Notes: a model not told the origin generated them from the letters alone. Positions 49,931 to 60,236 are shown, counted from the first letter of the stretch. The stretch is 64,000 nucleotides of DNA from an uncultured Gemmatimonadales bacterium (GCA_963798085.1 CAWCRS010000004.1:1-64000), one strand, 5' to 3'. Numbers and translations are program-made.

Positions 49931-51268
49931 CTACCGAAGCGTGTCCAGGAGTCGCGCCGCTTGCGTGGCCGGCGATGTCATGAGGATCTGCCCGGTCGCC
50001 TCCCGCCTCCCACCATAGATGATCGCCAACACCTCGCCGTTCTCGTCGAAAAGCGGACTGCCGCTGGCGCCGGCCGCACCGTAGCCCTGCACTTCGATGT
50101 GGTCGCTGGCCACGTGGTTGACCACGCCCACCGAGCCGAGCGGCCGGGCCAGCCGCCCGGTACGCACGTCCTGCGGCCAGGTCTCGCCACCCAGCGGGAA
50201 CCCGATCCAGGCGACGGGCGCGCCCGCACGCACCGTGTCCGCGTGCAGATTCAGGCCGCGCACCACGGGCACATCACCTTCGATGTTGTCCACCTTGATA
50301 ACAGCGATGTCAGCAAAGTCGGCAATGGCCAGCACGTGCGCCGGGAAGACCTGATTGGAGCCGGCGAACTGTACGGCCATGCGCTTCGGCGGCTGCAGGT
50401 CGTCACTCTGCACGATGTGCCTGCAGGTGATCAGCGTGGCATCCGGGCGCACGGCGAATGCGGTGCCCGTCACCACCACGCCGCCGGCCGTTTCCACGTA
50501 GATCACGGCCACCGCCGGCCGCGAGACCCGCTCGATGGACGCGTAATCGATGGAAGCCGCGAGCTGCTGCCGTTCCAGCGCCGCGAGCGCAGACTGGAGT
50601 TGTCGCTTGAGATCCTTTTCCTGGGAACGGTCACCCTGCGACGTGGCGCGCTGCAGGCCGTCACGCGCGGCACGCACTTCGGCCTGCGTCCGCTGCAGCG
50701 CCTGCGCCAGTTCCTCGCGCTGTCCGGCCAGCGCGCGCACCGCCGTGTCACCCGTGGCCAGCACGCGGTCAATGCGCGCCAGCAGCTGCGAACGCTCGGC
50801 CTGCTGCCGCTGCTGCTGCACGCGCGACGCGTAGGCCATCGCCGCGAGCATCACCAGCAGCGCGCCAATGATGATTTTCAGGCGACGATTCTGGGCAACG
50901 ATCGGGTCCCGACCTGCGGGCGTTACGGCAGCTTCACCCGACACGGGAACCGCGATGTCTTCGGCGCCCGGGATGCGGAACTCGACCTCGGGGCCATCCC
51001 AGCCGAAGCGGATGCGGTCGCCGTGGCGCAGTGCCTTGAGCGCGACACGCTCGCCATTGACGAACGTGCCGTTGCGGCTGCCGGCATCGCGCACGAACCA
51101 GCGCAAGCCATCGTAGCCCACGGTGGCGTGCTGCGCCGAGACATCCGTGTCGCGTTGTGGATCGAAGCGCAGGTCGACGCCGGCCTGGCGCCCGATCGTG
51201 ATCTCGCGCGTGATGGGAAACACCTCACCCGTACGCGCGCCGCGCAGGATACGCAGTTCGGCAGTCAA
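49931..51268 (-). CDS. FHA-TM-coiled coil-trypsin-like serine protease
   Basis: FHA IGR..VSAQH..GSRNGT; TM; catalytic triad TCRH, ADIAV, GASGSP. Confidence 0.88.
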   Translation of the reverse strand: MTAELRILRGARTGEVFPITREITIGRQAGVDLRFDPQRDTDVSAQHATVGYDGLRWFVRDAGSRNGTFVNGERVALKALRHGDRIRFGWDGPEVEFRIPGAEDIAVPVSGEAAVTPAGRDPIVAQNRRLKIIIGALLVMLAAMAYASRVQQQRQQAERSQLLARIDRVLATGDTAVRALAGQREELAQALQRTQAEVRAARDGLQRATSQGDRSQEKDLKRQLQSALAALERQQLAASIDYASIERVSRPAVAVIYVETAGGVVVTGTAFAVRPDATLITCRHIVQSDDLQPPKRMAVQFAGSNQVFPAHVLAIADFADIAVIKVDNIEGDVPVVRGLNLHADTVRAGAPVAWIGFPLGGETWPQDVRTGRLARPLGSVGVVNHVASDHIEVQGYGAAGASGSPLFDENGEVLAIIYGGRREATGQILMTSPATQAARLLDTLR

Positions 51269-51276
51269 GGAGCGCG

Positions 51277-52200
51277 TCAGCTGCGGCTGGGGGCGTAGAC
51301 GCGCCGGCCGACCTCATCAGCTTCGCCTGGGTCGAACAGGCCGCCCCCATCGAAGCTGGCGACCACCACCGTGATGTTGTCGGGGCCGCCTCGCTGATTG
51401 GCCAGGTCGACGAGACCCTGGCAGAGCGCCGCGGGTTCCGGGTGAAGACCCGCCAGCTCGGCAATGTCCGGGCGTGAGATGACTTTCGACAGGCCATCGG
51501 AGCAGACGATCACCACGTCGCCGCGACGCAGCTCCTGGTAGGTCAGGTCCACATCCACGAACGGCGATGTGCCCAGCGCCTGCAGGATCATGTTGCGGTG
51601 GTCGCTCTTCTCCGCTTCCTCTTCGGTCATGGTGCCGGCATCGACCAGGTGCTGGATGTAGGACTGGTCGCGCGTGATCTGCCTGGCATTGCCGCGGCGC
51701 ACGAGGTAGGCGCGCGAATCGCCCACCTGCGCCACATAGAGGAACGCATCGAACACGCCTACCGCCGTGGCCGTGGTGCCCATGCCGCGGAAGCGCTCGT
51801 CCGCCAGGCTGGTCTCATGAATGCGCGTGTTGCTCGCCTCCACGGCTTCCTTGAGCCGGGAAGCGAACTGCTGCGGCGTATTGATGCGGTCGGTCAGCCA
51901 GAAGCGCTGCAGCTGATCGTGGATCGCCGTAACCGCAACGTTAGCGGCCACGCCGCCGGCCGCGGCGCCGCCCATGCCATCCGCCACCAGGCAGAGCGCG
52001 CCTTTCTCGCCCAGGTCGAACTCGCCGACCGCGGGTTCACCCGTGCCCAGGTCGGGCTCCAGCACGAGGCCGCCGTTCTCCACCGTCGTGAGATCGGAGA
52101 CCAGGAAGGAATCCTGGTTCTCGCGACGTCGCTGCCCGATGTCGGTCTTGCCCGCGACGCGCACCCGGATGCCCCGGTGATCGAAGTCGAAGCCGCTCAC
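51277..52200 (-). CDS. PP2C-family Ser/Thr phosphatase (Stp1/PrpC/PppA type)
   Basis: TDIGQRRRENQD, VADGMGG, MGTT, VGDSRAY, CSDGL, GGPDNIT. Confidence 0.93.
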   Translation of the reverse strand: MSGFDFDHRGIRVRVAGKTDIGQRRRENQDSFLVSDLTTVENGGLVLEPDLGTGEPAVGEFDLGEKGALCLVADGMGGAAAGGVAANVAVTAIHDQLQRFWLTDRINTPQQFASRLKEAVEASNTRIHETSLADERFRGMGTTATAVGVFDAFLYVAQVGDSRAYLVRRGNARQITRDQSYIQHLVDAGTMTEEEAEKSDHRNMILQALGTSPFVDVDLTYQELRRGDVVIVCSDGLSKVISRPDIAELAGLHPEPAALCQGLVDLANQRGGPDNITVVVASFDGGGLFDPGEADEVGRRVYAPSRS

Positions 52201-53912
52201 CCGCGCAACGCCTTGCACAGGTCCTTCAACGTCAGATAACCCCGCGCGCCGGGTTTCAGCTGGAGTGCGCGGTCAACCCACAGGTCGCAATTGTCGGCAT
52301 CCCGCAGGTTCAGGTACGCGCTGGCCAGCATGTAGGCTGCTAATGCTTTGTTTGGGGCAGAGATTTCTGCGCCATCCCAGTATGCCAGGGCGGTGTCGAT
52401 GACCGCGTGGGCCCCGACTGATGACATTCTGTCCGTCGGCACATAGTCCAGCTGCCGGGGCAGAACTACCTTCGCATCCGCATCGGTCAGTACCGTGGCA
52501 CCCCCGCCGCCGCGATTCGGCGGCTGGCCGCCGCCCTGCGTCGCCTGACCGCTGTCACCGCGTGTGCCGGCGGCTGTCTGTCCGGTGTCGGTCTGCGTGG
52601 AAGCGCCGCCTCGGCGCTGCGGGTGGGCGCGCCCGCCGTCCCCGCCGGAGGCGGATTGCACGACCGTGGGCGAGTCGGCGTGCGCCACCGCATTGGGGTC
52701 GGGATTCTGCGTGCCGGCGCCGCCACGCGAGGGATTGGGGCTGAACAGCGAGAGCGCCGCCCAGGTGCCGCCCGCGATCACGACCACGGCGGCTGCTAAC
52801 ACCAGGGTCAGCGGGAAGCGCCGCTTTCCACCGCCTGCGCCGGTGCCCGCGGGAGGCGCGCCCTCGGGCGGCGGCGGACCCAGCCGGGTCTCGGGTGTCC
52901 ATTCGGCGGCGCCGCGCGGCGAGGGCGAATGGCGGGTAGCGCCGAGACGGCTGTTCGCAGCACCGCCCCCGCCTGCTGCGGTGGCCTGTGGCGCTGCCGG
53001 CGCGCCCGCCACCGCCTGCAGCAGCCGCGGATCCGCGAGATCGCGCGCCAGTGTCGCGGCATCGGGGTAGCGATCGTCGCGCTTGAGCGCGAGCGCGTGC
53101 GTGAGCACGGTCTGCAGCGGCGGCGGAAACGACTGGTCCGGCCTTACGTCCGCCAGTGTCAGCGGTGCGTGCGTGAGCCGCTCCACCATGATCGCCTGCG
53201 TCGATCCACCCTGGAACGGCAGCATGCCGGTGAGCATGCGGAACAGCACGATACCCAGCGAATAAATGTCACTGCGCCCGTCGAGGCGCTCGCCCATGAG
53301 CTGCTCGGGGCTCATGTATTCGGGTGTGCCCAGCACGTAACCCAGGCGGGTGACCTCGTCGCCACCCATGGCTTCCGGACCCTTGGCGATATCGAAGTCC
53401 ACGACCTTCGCGATGTCGCTGCCATCGCGACCCTGCTCGATCATGATGTTGGCGGGCTTCAGGTCGCGGTGCACGATGCCGGTGGCGTGTGCCGCCTCCA
53501 GCGCCAGCGCCACCTGGCGCGCGATGGCCACGGCTCTCGCCGGCGGCAGCGTGCCCTGCGCGCGCAGCAGGTCGCCGAGGGTTCCGCCCGTAATGAATTC
53601 GAGGGCGAGGAAGGGCGAGCCGTCGGCGGTCTCACCGTAGTCGTACAGCGTACAGACATTGGGATGGCGAATGGCGGAGAGATTGCGCGCGCCCCGATTG
53701 AAGCGCGCAATGGTCTCGGCGTCGAAGGCCAGCTGTCCGCGCAGCACCTTGATGGCATCGCGGCGGCCGATCTTCAGGTGCTCACCCAGGTAGACGGCGC
53801 CCATGGCGCCCTCACCCAGCTTCTGCACGATGCGGTAGCGCCCGGCCAGCGTGCTTCCGACCAGCGGATCTTCCGCCGGCGGAGCGCTGCCGGTGCCGCC
53901 GGACTCGCTCAT
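52197..53912 (-). CDS. membrane Hanks-type Ser/Thr protein kinase
   Basis: LGEGAMGAVY, AIKVL, HRDLKPAN, DFD in place of DFG, GTPEYMSPEQ, SDIYSLG, TM, short external helical domain. Confidence 0.93.
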   Translation of the reverse strand: MSESGGTGSAPPAEDPLVGSTLAGRYRIVQKLGEGAMGAVYLGEHLKIGRRDAIKVLRGQLAFDAETIARFNRGARNLSAIRHPNVCTLYDYGETADGSPFLALEFITGGTLGDLLRAQGTLPPARAVAIARQVALALEAAHATGIVHRDLKPANIMIEQGRDGSDIAKVVDFDIAKGPEAMGGDEVTRLGYVLGTPEYMSPEQLMGERLDGRSDIYSLGIVLFRMLTGMLPFQGGSTQAIMVERLTHAPLTLADVRPDQSFPPPLQTVLTHALALKRDDRYPDAATLARDLADPRLLQAVAGAPAAPQATAAGGGGAANSRLGATRHSPSPRGAAEWTPETRLGPPPPEGAPPAGTGAGGGKRRFPLTLVLAAAVVVIAGGTWAALSLFSPNPSRGGAGTQNPDPNAVAHADSPTVVQSASGGDGGRAHPQRRGGASTQTDTGQTAAGTRGDSGQATQGGGQPPNRGGGGATVLTDADAKVVLPRQLDYVPTDRMSSVGAHAVIDTALAYWDGAEISAPNKALAAYMLASAYLNLRDADNCDLWVDRALQLKPGARGYLTLKDLCKALRG

Positions 53913-53987
53913 GCAAACACTCCGTTATGGGGCTGCTCGCGCACGCTGGACTCGCCTGCGGGCGAGGCGACTACGCCGGAAACCCGG

Positions 53988-54485
53988 TCACCGGCAATTG
54001 GCCTGCTCCTTCCGCTCGTCCCATTTCACAGGCCCCTCGAACTTGCGCGCGCGTACGATCTCGACGGGATAGGCATCGGTGCGGAAGCGATGGCAGCCCT
54101 GCACCGTGCGCACCACGATGGTGAGCACATCCTCGCGCTTGCCGGCGGAGTTCAGTTCGGGCCGCACCAGCAGGCTGTCGACGTGAATCTGGTCGTCGGG
54201 CGTCATGCGACCGGCTCCCACAACGATCACCATTTCGCGGTTGAAATCGACGGTGGGCGCAGCGGGCGGTGACGCGAGCGGCGTCGTCGCCTGCTTCCAG
54301 TACTCGAGCATGCTGGCGCCATTGCGGATGACCACGCGCACCGAGTCGCGGATGCCGCCCCCGTTGTCGTAGAGCAGCGGCACGGGTGGCGGCATGGGTG
54401 TGGGCGGCGGCGGCTGTGCCGGCCGGTGGTGAGCGCACGCGCCCAGCAGCAGCGCGCCGAGCAGGATGCGGGCGGATTCGCGCAT
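53988..54485 (-). CDS. lipoprotein with a PrcB C-terminal-like domain
   Basis: LGAC lipobox; PTVDFNREMVIVVGAG motif. Confidence 0.6.
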   Translation of the reverse strand: MRESARILLGALLLGACAHHRPAQPPPPTPMPPPVPLLYDNGGGIRDSVRVVIRNGASMLEYWKQATTPLASPPAAPTVDFNREMVIVVGAGRMTPDDQIHVDSLLVRPELNSAGKREDVLTIVVRTVQGCHRFRTDAYPVEIVRARKFEGPVKWDERKEQANCR

Positions 54486-54524
54486 TGTCGTTCTATCGGT
54501 CGAGGGGAGAAAAGGCACCGGGTT

Positions 54525-57500
54525 TCACTTCGCGATCCGCGTGACACAACGGCCGAGCCGGCCCAGGTAGTCCTTCTGGAAGATGGGCGTACCCTTGCCG
54601 AAGCTCAACTCGGCGGAGAGCGTCGTCGTCTGCCCGGGCACCCTCCAGGTCACCAGCCAGGCCGCGCCGCGGCGCTCGAAGGACGTGGCGCTGTAGAACA
54701 CGTGGAACACGGCCCACGGTCCGGGCGGTGCATCCACCACGATAACATTGGCGTTACCGATCTTCGCGCGGATCTGCGCGCCCGACGTGCCGCCGCCCCG
54801 CCACTCGTAGGTACGCGACGCGGCCTGCGTCGGCGTGAAACGGTCGGGACGGCCATCCAGGTTCACCGTGACTTCGGGAATCTGCGGCGAAGTCTGCGGC
54901 TTGAGCGCGAACACGACGAACGGACCATCGCCATTCTCGTCGAAGAAGGCGCTGGACACTTCCGCCGCGCGATTGAAGAAGTCGACGAATGCGATGTCCG
55001 CCTGGGGCGTTGCACCCGCCTTGGCCACGTAGCGCGAGCCCTGGCGCAGCAGCAGGTCCTGCAGCGCATCCTGGTAGAACTGCCACAGTGCGCCGTTGCC
55101 GGGCTGCAGCGCATTGGTCACTTCGTCGATGGTCGCTTCGGTGCGCGACGCCGAGCTGAACGGGAACTTGCCCGAGAGCTGCGTCAGCGGTGCGCAGAAC
55201 GATGGGCCCTTCTTGTTCACCTCATCGACAGGCAGCGCGCCGATCACGGACTCCGCGCTGGTCACGGGCGCGAGCAGCTGCTGCTGAATGGCGGCGCCCA
55301 CCAGCCGGGCATCGCCTTCCGTGCTGAAATTCCGGGCCATGCCCGAGATCTCGCCCTTCACCTGCTGCGCCGACGAGCTGGCCTGCAGCATGGCCTGGGT
55401 CTGCAGGGAGCCGTTGCTGGTCGCCACTTGGTCGAGCGCCGACTGCAGCCCGCCCAGTGCCGTCAGGTACTTGCCGGCCGGGTCGGATACGCTCGTGGCG
55501 TGTGGCGGCACTACGTCCTGCGCCGGCTTGAAGGCCTTGCCCACCAGCACCGTGTCAACAGCGGTGTTATCAGAGACAATGCCGATCATGCGCAGCAGCG
55601 GCGACTGATTCGAGCTGAGCATGCGCAGCTTGCCGGATGCGTCCTGCACACTGCCGAACGAGCCCACACGACCACCCTGCAGGAAGCGCAGCCACCAGCT
55701 CGTGTACTCGCTGGTGTAACGCCCGCGCAGGTTCTGCTCGAGACGGGCGCGCGCATCGGCCGGCACCGCACTCTCGCCCGCCACCCAGGTCTCGCGATCG
55801 AACAGCTTCTGTATGTTGTTCAGGCTGGCCTGCACCACGTCCCAGCCGTGGCGAGTGAAGGCGCCGGGCACTACCACGTCATTACGCAGCGTCCCATCCG
55901 CCCACTGCACGGATGCCGCCGAATCCGCCGCCGCACCGAGCAGCACGCGATAGAACTGGTCGTCGCCGGCAAAGCCGCGCAGGAATCCACGCACCTGCTC
56001 GACCAGCGCGGTGTCGGCAACGTCGCGGAAGGGATTGCTGAAGGGCAGCTCGTCCGCGTAGAAGCCGAACTGCGCCTGCGCCAGGCGGGCGCGCGCGGAA
56101 TCGGTGGCGCCACCCGCCGTCCAGAACCTCATCAGCGCGGGCGCCAGAAAATCGCGCTTCGATTCGTCCGGCTTGCTGCTCGTGACGATGTACGCTTTCA
56201 GCGCGTCGTAGGTCTGCGGGTACTCGCTGGTCTCGCTGTTCTCGCCGGGCGAGGCGGGCCGCGCGCGCAGCCAGCCCAGCAGCGCGGAACGCGTGCGCTC
56301 CCAGAGCAGCTGCCGGAATCTCGTGAAGTACAGGAGCCGCATCTCTGGCTGCAGCCGGTCGCCCGCGTAGAGTCCCCAGCCCATGCTCGCCGGGTGCCCG
56401 CCGCGAACATAGGTGTTCAGGCGCGCGGCCTCGGCGCGCAGCGAATCGAGGCGCTGCAGCGTTTCCAGATCCGGCAGCGGGCCCACCGAGGCAAGTCCGC
56501 GCGCGCCCGTCACCGCGTTGCGCGCATCGCTCAGCAGGCCGCGATTGCGGAAGAACGAAACCGTGAAGCCAATGGAGAAGACGAGCGCGGCCACGCCGGC
56601 GGCGGCGATGACGGCGCGGCGCAGCAGATTCACCTTGGTGCCGCCCGCGGTCACCCTGCGTGCGACGTCGTCCTTCTGGATGACGTCGCGGAACACGCGC
56701 TCGAGGAAGGACCACTCCGGCACCTTGCGCGAGCCCGCGGGCGCCTGTGCGTGCGCCTGCATCTGCGCCATCTGCGCCTGCAGCTGGCGGGGGTCGAACA
56801 CGCCCGTCGCATCCATGGGCGTCTGCGAGACCGGGCCGCCGGCCGCCGCACGCGGCGCTTCCGCACCCGCGTCGTGCAGGAATACGGCCCGCACACCGGT
56901 GAAGTAGAAACCCCGCAGGAACGGACTGACACCGAGTTGGCTGGGGCGGCACAGATCGAGGAGGAACTGCGTCGCCAGATCCGTGATCTTGCGGAACTCG
57001 CGCGGGAACTCGTATGCGCCCGCCCTCAGATCATCGCGTGTCTCGCGCGGCAGCACATCCAGGCGGCGCAGCGCGAGGCCGCGGAACAGCACGTGGAACG
57101 CCTCCGACAGACGACGCGATTCGCGCTCTGCGTACGCGCCCACACCACCGGCCTGAGGCACGGTGAGCGTGACACCCAGCACATCACGCGTTTCTTCGCG
57201 CGTGAGGCTGCGCATGAAGTCCTCGAAGTACGGCAGCCGGTCCGACTTGGTGAACAGCACGTAGACGGGCAGGCGGATCCCGATCTGCTGCGAGACTTCC
57301 GCCAGCCGGGTGCGCAGCCGCTGCGCGGCCGCGGGCACCGCTTCCGATGCGCCCGGCTTGAGCAGCTCATCACAGCCGAAACACACGACGGCCACACGCG
57401 GCGCCTGCCGCCCGCGCGAGAACACTGCGCCCAGCCGGCTGGGCTGCACGTGCCGGATCAGCCGGCGCCAGCGGCCGGCTTCGTTCAGCACCTTCGCGCC

Positions 57501-57968
57501 CGCCTCGAGCACGAGCGTGCCCTGCGCGAACCACACGTTCACCGACGACGTCGGTACGATCGCGTCGCCACGATACACCTCGCCCGCGAGCAGCTCGGGC
57601 TCCATTCCCGAGTGCGCGACGATCGTGGTCTTGGCGCTGCTCGCCGGGCCCGTCATCAGAATGACCGGCAGCCGGCCGAACTTCGCCGCGGCCTTGCCCT
57701 TCGCCGCCGCGAGCCGGTTCCTTGCCGCCGAGAACGTGACGTCGATTTCGTCGCGGCCCTCCGCTTCCACCGGCTCGGCCTTCGCCTTCCCGGACTGCCA
57801 CAGGAACACGAGGATGGCGGCAATCAGACCGAGCAGCCACACGCCCCCCACCAGCAGCCATCGGCTCGAGCCGGTCAGACCCAGAAGCGCGGCCGCAGCC
57901 CAGCCCACCAGCAGGAAGAGCAGAAACGTGCTGCTCGTGAAGGTCCAGATCTTTGGCGCTCGCTTCAT
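54525..57968 (-). CDS. tssM: type VI secretion membrane protein TssM/IcmF
   Basis: N-terminal TMs, degenerate Walker A GPASSAKTT, LPVYVLFTKSD, FLRGFYFTG, WGLYAG, YDALKAY, KFPF, GPWAVF; follows tssL. Confidence 0.92.
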   Translation of the reverse strand: MKRAPKIWTFTSSTFLLFLLVGWAAAALLGLTGSSRWLLVGGVWLLGLIAAILVFLWQSGKAKAEPVEAEGRDEIDVTFSAARNRLAAAKGKAAAKFGRLPVILMTGPASSAKTTIVAHSGMEPELLAGEVYRGDAIVPTSSVNVWFAQGTLVLEAGAKVLNEAGRWRRLIRHVQPSRLGAVFSRGRQAPRVAVVCFGCDELLKPGASEAVPAAAQRLRTRLAEVSQQIGIRLPVYVLFTKSDRLPYFEDFMRSLTREETRDVLGVTLTVPQAGGVGAYAERESRRLSEAFHVLFRGLALRRLDVLPRETRDDLRAGAYEFPREFRKITDLATQFLLDLCRPSQLGVSPFLRGFYFTGVRAVFLHDAGAEAPRAAAGGPVSQTPMDATGVFDPRQLQAQMAQMQAHAQAPAGSRKVPEWSFLERVFRDVIQKDDVARRVTAGGTKVNLLRRAVIAAAGVAALVFSIGFTVSFFRNRGLLSDARNAVTGARGLASVGPLPDLETLQRLDSLRAEAARLNTYVRGGHPASMGWGLYAGDRLQPEMRLLYFTRFRQLLWERTRSALLGWLRARPASPGENSETSEYPQTYDALKAYIVTSSKPDESKRDFLAPALMRFWTAGGATDSARARLAQAQFGFYADELPFSNPFRDVADTALVEQVRGFLRGFAGDDQFYRVLLGAAADSAASVQWADGTLRNDVVVPGAFTRHGWDVVQASLNNIQKLFDRETWVAGESAVPADARARLEQNLRGRYTSEYTSWWLRFLQGGRVGSFGSVQDASGKLRMLSSNQSPLLRMIGIVSDNTAVDTVLVGKAFKPAQDVVPPHATSVSDPAGKYLTALGGLQSALDQVATSNGSLQTQAMLQASSSAQQVKGEISGMARNFSTEGDARLVGAAIQQQLLAPVTSAESVIGALPVDEVNKKGPSFCAPLTQLSGKFPFSSASRTEATIDEVTNALQPGNGALWQFYQDALQDLLLRQGSRYVAKAGATPQADIAFVDFFNRAAEVSSAFFDENGDGPFVVFALKPQTSPQIPEVTVNLDGRPDRFTPTQAASRTYEWRGGGTSGAQIRAKIGNANVIVVDAPPGPWAVFHVFYSATSFERRGAAWLVTWRVPGQTTTLSAELSFGKGTPIFQKDYLGRLGRCVTRIAK

Positions 57969-57979
57969 CGGGATCGATC

Positions 57980-58711
57980 CTAACTGCCGCTTACGAGCTG
58001 GGCGGCGGCATCACGAACGTGATTCGCGCCCGAGATCAGTGTGAGCTTGTACAGTACGAAGAGCAGCAGCGCGAAGGCGATGACACCACCCGCCATGAGC
58101 GCCAGCCGGCGCAGCCACGGATCCGACGCCGCCGCCACCAGCTCGCCCTGCGGCAGCACCCACGCCGCGGGCATGGCGGCACGCGTGCCGCGAATGCGCT
58201 GGATCTTCTGCTGGATCGACATCACCAGGCCCTGCAGCGTGCCCGGATCACTCGCCGTGTACTTGCCCCGGAAGCCCAGCAGCAGACACAGCACGTAGAC
58301 CTCGAGCAGGTCCGCCAGCTCCGGCGCATCCTGCCTGGCCATCAGCTCGCCCACGTAGCGGAAGAAATTCTCGCCCGCCATGTGCTCGCCGAAGATCTCC
58401 TCCTGCAGCGGCTGGCGGGTCCAGTCCGCGAACATGCCCTGGGACGAGTGCAGCACCGTCTCGTCCAGGAACGCGATGTACGCGTAGATGGCCAGCTTCA
58501 CATGCTCGGCGTCGTAGCCGCGCGCGCGCGCATCGCGGTCCGCGCTTGCCAGCAGCGCCTTCACGTGCGCGCGGAATGACTGCGCATCGGTCGCTGCCTG
58601 GCGGTTCGCGCGCAGCCGCACCGCCACCGTGAACGCCTCCTGCAGCGCCAGGGCCAGCTCGCCCGCGCGCGCCGCGGCTTCGGCCCCGGGCCGAACCGTC
58701 TGGGAACTCAT
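57980..58711 (-). CDS. tssL: type VI secretion TssL/DotU (no OmpA domain)
   Basis: YAYIAFLDETVL, W.RQPLQ..FGEHMAGENFF, LEVYVLCLLLGFRGKY, C-terminal TM. Confidence 0.92.
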   Translation of the reverse strand: MSSQTVRPGAEAAARAGELALALQEAFTVAVRLRANRQAATDAQSFRAHVKALLASADRDARARGYDAEHVKLAIYAYIAFLDETVLHSSQGMFADWTRQPLQEEIFGEHMAGENFFRYVGELMARQDAPELADLLEVYVLCLLLGFRGKYTASDPGTLQGLVMSIQQKIQRIRGTRAAMPAAWVLPQGELVAAASDPWLRRLALMAGGVIAFALLLFVLYKLTLISGANHVRDAAAQLVSGS

Positions 58712-60067
58712 GATCCGAGCACGATGGTCAGCTCCAGCTCTGCATTGGGAATCGCGGCCGGCAGGTACATGCCCACGTTGCCCGTCTTCGCCATGAGCGC
58801 CCAGCACGGACCGGCCGTCTGTACGTGGAAATAGTGCGAGCCCATGCGCGGCGAGATGGCAGCCGGGGGCGAGGCTTCGTAATCGAGTGTCAGGCCGGGC
58901 AGGCCCTCGCGCACCAGCCGCGTGATGTGTTCCGCGGAGCATACCTTGGTCAGGCGAGGCACGCCGGTGGCCACTTCTGCGCGCGAACCCGTCGAGCGCA
59001 CCCCCAGATACCAGTGTGTGCCGGGCGCGAAACAGCGCTGGTCCGGCACCGGCGCGCGATAGAAGAACTGCTGCTCGGTCGCCACCATGGGAACCACCAC
59101 CGCGTTGGTCGGAATGATGATCTCGAGAATGCCGCCGGATATGGCTCTCCAGCGCGTCGAAGCACGTCGCCAGATCGTCGTGATCGTAGGACGGCAGGTC
59201 ACGCGGGTGGGCATCGAACGAAAACGTGCACAGTGCGCCCGCCAGGCGGGACATCTCAATGAACAGGCGCTCGGGGTGCACCGCACGCGTCTGCAGCAGG
59301 TGCCGCAGCGGCGAGTTTGCCGCATTGACGGCGTGCGTCAGCCAGAAATTCGCCACTTCGCGCGCCGCCCATTCCGCCAGCGGCTGCTGCGTCGCGCGAC
59401 GCTCGCGCAGCATCGCGTCCGACTTCGCGTCCAAAATCTCGACAAGGCGGGCTGTCATGCGGAGCAGGCGCTCGCTCGCACCCAGCTGCAGGCAGGGCGG
59501 CACGTAGTCCGGATCATAAATGAAATGGCCCCGCCCGTCTCGGCGTACCCGCGCGATGGGCAGCGTCACCAGATCTTCGTGCTCCTGATGCTCGAGCAGC
59601 AGGCGGAAGTTCTTGCGACCCAGTACGACCTGCTTCTCGTCGCTGCCCGTGATCTCGTCCGAGAGGGACTGCGGCGTGGCGACGTAGCGCACCCCGGAGC
59701 GGTCGACTTCGCCGTCCAGCGCACAGTTGGCGTGACCCGCGCGCTCCGGCGGAATCGCCAGCAGCACGGCATGACGGTCGTGCACCGGTGAGAACAGGGG
59801 TCCGACGTCGAGCGGGTCGGGCGGCGTGTCTTCGGGAAAATGGAAGGCCAGACCATCGGGCATCAGCCCGCGCGCGTGTGTCAGCGAAACGGTCCCGTTC
59901 AGCAGCGCGTCGACGTCCAGCTCGCACCCGACCAGTCCATACGTGCGGAAGAAGAGGCTGCCCAGCGCGAACGAGGTCAGCTCTTCGAAATACCGGTTTT
60001 GCGCCTGGAAGTGGTGCTGGGCCAGGTGCATGCCCTCGCGCCACACCACGGGTGACAAGAACTTCAT
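58708..60067 (-). CDS. tssK: type VI secretion baseplate TssK, copy 1 (frameshift at about 59129)
   Basis: VVWREGMHLAQHHFQAQ, YVPPCL, HPERLF, YDHDDL; C-terminus in ORF 58708-59325 (GLPGLTL, HYF). Confidence 0.9.
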
Positions 60068-60139
60068 GCTCTCCTCCGAGCCCAGCGCGCGCATGCACAA
60101 TGCACGGCCACGCTCGATTGCCGGCTACGGTAACGGCGG

Positions 60140-60151
60140 GTAGTATACTAC
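60140..60151. promoter_or_regulatory. perfect 12-bp palindrome in a divergent promoter region
   Basis: GTAGTATACTAC carries TATACT (-10-like) on both strands, between tssK-1 and the Pro-rich gene. Confidence 0.45.
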
Positions 60152-60236
60152 GTTGCCGGCGCGTTGGCCGGAACCATCGACGCATCCGCTCCGATCGACG
60201 CATTTGATCACAACGCTCGCGCCGCCCGAGTACTGA

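Noticed and set aside
54426..57983. 1185-aa plus-strand ORF, and similar long antisense ORFs (17445-19208, 10441-11835, 3642-4964, 52929-54272)
   Set aside because: Shadow frames of well-supported genes, as expected from high-GC codon bias; no recognisable motifs
57980..60100. Apparent TssK-TssL fusion (706 aa ORF)
   Set aside because: An extra base at about 59129 causes it; the true TssK C-terminus is in ORF 58708-59325 and tssL has its own coupled ATG at 58711
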